Source: a candidate division FCPU426 bacterium (GTDB lineage Bacteria > Oederibacteriota > Muellerivitia > Muellerivitales > Muellerivitaceae). Taken from it: 64,000 bases of DNA. Both the position numbers and the translations under genes were made by a program. Shown one piece after another: positions 60,667 to 64,000 of this stretch; position 1 is the first letter of the stretch, and each line of letters starts with the position of its first letter. The notes beneath the pieces are model-generated. The model was not told the origin of the DNA and searched no databases. It saw nothing but the letters and a program-made list of their open reading frames with translations. Location of the stretch: assembly GCA_963771075.1 (NCBI GenBank), contig CAVYSE010000025.1:1-64000 (forward strand), read 5' to 3'.

Positions 60667-61845
60667 TTAAATCGAACCGGAGGAAACCCCCGTACGGGGG
60701 GCAAGCAAATCCTTTCCCTGGGGTTTTAGAATGATGCCTCCCCCCAGGACCCCATCCCCCTCATAAAAAACAGCGGATTGCCCCGGTGTCACCGCCCGGG
60801 CCGGGTCTTGGAGCACAACCCTGAATTTTTCCTCCACCTCGGGATGTAGGACCGCCGGCTGTTCCTGGGATCGGTAGCGGATCTTGACCATCACTTTTCG
60901 GGGTGACGTAATGGGCTCCCAAGCGACCCAATTCATCTCGCCCACTTCAAACTCCTTCACCAGGGTATCCGCGTCCCTGCCCACCACCACCGTCGCGTTC
61001 TCGGGGATAAGTTCCACAACGAAATAGGGCCCGCCCGACAAGGCCATGCCCTTGCGCTGGCCGATGGTGTATCCCGCGACGCCCTCATGTTGCCCGAGTA
61101 TGTTCCCTTGAACATCAATGATGTTGCCGGGAACAAAGGCCCGGGGCCGGTGGATTTTCACGAAGTCCCGGTAGCTTTTTTGGGTGACAAAGCAAATTTC
61201 CATGCTTTCGGGTTTCTCGGAGATGTTAAGCCCGAGGGACCGGGCTTTTTCACGCACCTGGGTTTTGGTGATTTCCCCCAAGGGGAACAAAAGATGTTCC
61301 AAAAGTCTTTGGCTGAGTTTATAGAGGACGTAGCTTTGGTCCTTGTCAGGGTCGGCGGCCTTGCGGATGCGCCAACGGCCGGTGGAAGGGTCCCGGTCCA
61401 AACGGGCGTAATGGCCTGTGGCCAATTTTTCACATCCCAAACTCAAGGCTTGTTTGAGAAGAAGGGGCAGTTTGGCGAACCGGTTGCATTCCACGCATGG
61501 GTTGGGGGTCAGTCCCTGCTCATACTCGTCCAAAAAACGGTCTACCACCTTGGCGCGGAAAACATCCAATCCCTCGTTCACGTAATGAGGGGCTCCCAGC
61601 TTTAGGGCCACGTTCCGGGCGTCTTGGATATCCTCCACCGAACAGCAGCGTTGGCCCTTGGGTTCCACCGTTTTCACGCTCACGGCCCCATTTTCCCCGG
61701 GCGTGATCTCACAGGGTAATATCTTGAGGGTCAGGCCCATGACCTCGTGGCCTTGTTCCTTCAATAACCCCAACACGGTGGAGGAATCGACACCTCCGCT
61801 CATGGCCACTCCGATTTTCAATTTCAATCTCCATATTTTCACCAC
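60667..61845 (-). CDS. mnmA: tRNA 2-thiouridylase
   Basis: AMSGGVDS, TPNPCVECN, ATGHYA, KDQSY, ESMEICF, YTIGQRKG, TPGQSAVFY motifs; true start probably TTG near 61821. Confidence 0.95.
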   Translation of the reverse strand: MVKIWRLKLKIGVAMSGGVDSSTVLGLLKEQGHEVMGLTLKILPCEITPGENGAVSVKTVEPKGQRCCSVEDIQDARNVALKLGAPHYVNEGLDVFRAKVVDRFLDEYEQGLTPNPCVECNRFAKLPLLLKQALSLGCEKLATGHYARLDRDPSTGRWRIRKAADPDKDQSYVLYKLSQRLLEHLLFPLGEITKTQVREKARSLGLNISEKPESMEICFVTQKSYRDFVKIHRPRAFVPGNIIDVQGNILGQHEGVAGYTIGQRKGMALSGGPYFVVELIPENATVVVGRDADTLVKEFEVGEMNWVAWEPITSPRKVMVKIRYRSQEQPAVLHPEVEEKFRVVLQDPARAVTPGQSAVFYEGDGVLGGGIILKPQGKDLLAPRTGVSSGSI

Positions 61846-61920
61846 AGAGGCACAGAAACCACACTTTTTAAATTCGACGTCTAATCCTTTGCTAATTCTG
61901 GTTCTCTGTGGCTCCGTGGT
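61841..61920. repeat. REP-like inverted repeat
   Basis: accacagaggcacaga ... tctctgtggctccgtggt; a half copy tgtgcctccgtgg lies near 30881. Confidence 0.6.
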
Positions 61921-63089
61921 TAATTTATTGTCATTTTTCTCAATGCTTTTATGGCAATAAGAATTTCTTTATACGAATTGTAGTAGCCAAAACTAAACCG
62001 CACAGTGCCGATGGGATAGGTCCCGAGCGTCCGGTGGGCCAGGGGGGCGCAATGGAGCCCCGATCGGGTGAGAATGCCGAACCTTTCGTCCAATTCATAG
62101 GCGACTTCCGAGGGGTCTTTCCCCTCCACATTCAAGGAAATCACCGCAACCCGGTCGGACGAGGGGGGCAGACCGTACAATTTCACCCCGGGGATCTTCC
62201 CCGCTTCCACGAGGAAAAGATTGGTCAGCGCCTCTTCTTTTTTTCGGACCTTTTCCACGCTGGTCCTCAGGAGGAACTCGACCCCCGCTTTCAATCCGGC
62301 CAGACCCCAGTAGTTCTGTGTGCCGCTCTCGAACTTGTCGGGCCATTGGGAGGGCTGTTCCTCCTGGTCGCTGTTGGAACCGGTGCCCCCCTCGATCAGG
62401 GAATCCAGGTTGACCTGCTGTCCCACGACAAGGCCGCCCGTGCCGGGAGGGCCCATCAAGCCCTTATGTCCCGTAAAGGCGAGAAAGTCGACCGGGTTAT
62501 CTTTCAGATTGATGGTCTGGCTTCCCGTGGTCTGGGCCGCGTCCACCAAATAGGCCACCCCTTTTTTGCGGCATATCTCCCCCACTTCCCGGATAGGGCT
62601 CAAGGTGCCGGTCACGTTGGACGCGTGGACCAAGCAGACCAGACGGGTGTTGACCTTGAGGGCTTCCTCGAATGAATAGGGATTGAACCTCCCCTGGCTA
62701 TTCGCCGAGACCAGGGTGTACTCGATATCCCTTTCCTTCTTCAACTTGTTCAGGGGCCGGATCAGCGCGTTGTGTTCCACGCCCGACAGGACCACATGGT
62801 CCCCTTTTTTGAGGAAGCCCTTCAGGGCCAGATTGATGGATTCGGTCACGTTTTTCGTGAAGAGGATGCGTTCCATCCGGGGGGCGTTGAATAGCTTAGA
62901 AAGGGCCAATCGGGTGGAGAAGACCAGTTCGTTGGCCTGGATGCCCCTTTTCGTGGCGGCCCGGCCATGCGAGACCCCTACCTCAGTGGCGTATTGGACG
63001 AGCGCCTTCAAGACCTGGTTTGGTTTTTGTCGGCTGGTCGCGGCGGCATCGAGATATATTTCCCGGCGGGTTTTCTTTTTCTTCGGCAT
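61920..63089 (-). CDS. Cysteine desulfurase family aminotransferase class V (SufS/CsdA-like)
   Basis: YLDAAATS, EHNA, HASNVTG, DAAQ, FTGHKGLMGP, RSGLHCAP motifs. Confidence 0.88.
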   Translation of the reverse strand: MPKKKKTRREIYLDAAATSRQKPNQVLKALVQYATEVGVSHGRAATKRGIQANELVFSTRLALSKLFNAPRMERILFTKNVTESINLALKGFLKKGDHVVLSGVEHNALIRPLNKLKKERDIEYTLVSANSQGRFNPYSFEEALKVNTRLVCLVHASNVTGTLSPIREVGEICRKKGVAYLVDAAQTTGSQTINLKDNPVDFLAFTGHKGLMGPPGTGGLVVGQQVNLDSLIEGGTGSNSDQEEQPSQWPDKFESGTQNYWGLAGLKAGVEFLLRTSVEKVRKKEEALTNLFLVEAGKIPGVKLYGLPPSSDRVAVISLNVEGKDPSEVAYELDERFGILTRSGLHCAPLAHRTLGTYPIGTVRFSFGYYNSYKEILIAIKALRKMTIN

Positions 63090-63164
63090 GGTGCCTCCTT
63101 GATGCGGGAGGCAAATTCTATCACATGGCCCGGGGAAATCCCGAAGGTTAGGCTCCGCCTTTAT

Positions 63165-64000
63165 TTAGTAATTGACGGGGCCGAAATATTGGATATTTCC
63201 AGCGGTGTTGGTAATGCCCAGGGTATTCGCGTCGTAATCCCCCACGTAAAAGTCGTTGTTATAAAAGAGAACTGCGGAAGGGCCGCCAAAAACGGTGGCT
63301 CCGGTTTGATTGCCGGTAAGTTCCGCCAAGAGGGTTCCGGTAGGGGAATAGACCTCCACCAGGCTGTTGTCGTAATCGGCTACCAGCAGGTTCCCGGCCC
63401 CATCCACAGCCAGGCTGTAAAACAGGGGGTCATCGTAATTAAAGGCATAAGCCGGGGGGGGCGGAAGGGCCCAGGTGGCCGCAGCGCTGAAGGACGAACC
63501 GGAAGACGTGAGCTTCCATATCAGGCCATTGTTTCCATCGGCGACATAAACGTTCCCCGACCCATCCAACGCCACGCCGATCGGGAATACGTCGTAGCCT
63601 TGATAAGAGGACGACCATTGGGCCAGGGGAGTCCCCGTCGCGCTGAATTCTTCCAGGAGTTCGTTTCCGAGATCGGCCACATAGACGTTGCCACTACTAT
63701 CCAGGGCGATTCCGCCGGGGTAGGAGAAGGTGTTGGAGTTGTAGGAGGTCCACATGGTCACAGGGCTATAGGTCGGGGCCGGGCCAAATTCGTAAACGGC
63801 TCCCACGCCGGTATTCGCGTTCCCCGAATCCAACACGTACATATTTCCCGAGGGGGAATTAATCGCCAGCCCATTGGGCCATTGGAAAGGGATGACCGTG
63901 GTTCCGGTGGAATAGGAAGACCATTGGGTGATCGCGCTGCCGCCCGTGGAACTAAAAACCTGAACTTGGCTGACGGAAGCCCCATCGCCCTCGGCGGCGT
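63165..64000 (-). CDS. NHL-repeat protein (5' end outside the window)
   Basis: PGGIALDSSGNVYVADLGN-type repeats; frame stays open to the window edge. Confidence 0.85.
   Translation of the reverse strand, partial: AAEGDGASVSQVQVFSSTGGSAITQWSSYSTGTTVIPFQWPNGLAINSPSGNMYVLDSGNANTGVGAVYEFGPAPTYSPVTMWTSYNSNTFSYPGGIALDSSGNVYVADLGNELLEEFSATGTPLAQWSSSYQGYDVFPIGVALDGSGNVYVADGNNGLIWKLTSSGSSFSAAATWALPPPPAYAFNYDDPLFYSLAVDGAGNLLVADYDNSLVEVYSPTGTLLAELTGNQTGATVFGGPSAVLFYNNDFYVGDYDANTLGITNTAGNIQYFGPVNY

Overview
GC-rich bacterial chromosomal window with about 45 genes, nearly all on the minus strand. No rRNA, tRNA or CRISPR array was seen. Housekeeping genes include malQ, class II ribonucleotide reductase nrdJ, pgi, two cysteine desulfurases, mnmA, an RlmI-like methyltransferase, chdC/hemQ, an HU/IHF protein and an ECF sigma/NrsF-like pair. 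The main feature is a 13-30 kb island: an unusual AraC regulator followed by three very large secreted proteins (an IS-interrupted S53 protease with NHL and CBM3-like domains, a GH74 xyloglucanase, and a non-catalytic CBM protein). All three have Thr-alternating stalks and a T9SS-like C-terminal sorting domain. The window also encodes four GT-C-type membrane transferases (TMTC-like, DUF2723/TMEM260-like, ArnT/PMT-like, O-antigen ligase/OTase-TPR) and a eukaryote-type phosphomannomutase, which together suggest a protein O-glycosylation system (inference). In two places, cargo genes sit between a complete gene and a displaced duplicate of its 3' end (araC, nrdJ). Three IS elements have intact target-site duplications, and several multi-hairpin intergenic repeats occur. 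Seven single-base lesions in six genes are probably sequencing or assembly errors. All family assignments come from motif recognition by eye, not database searches.
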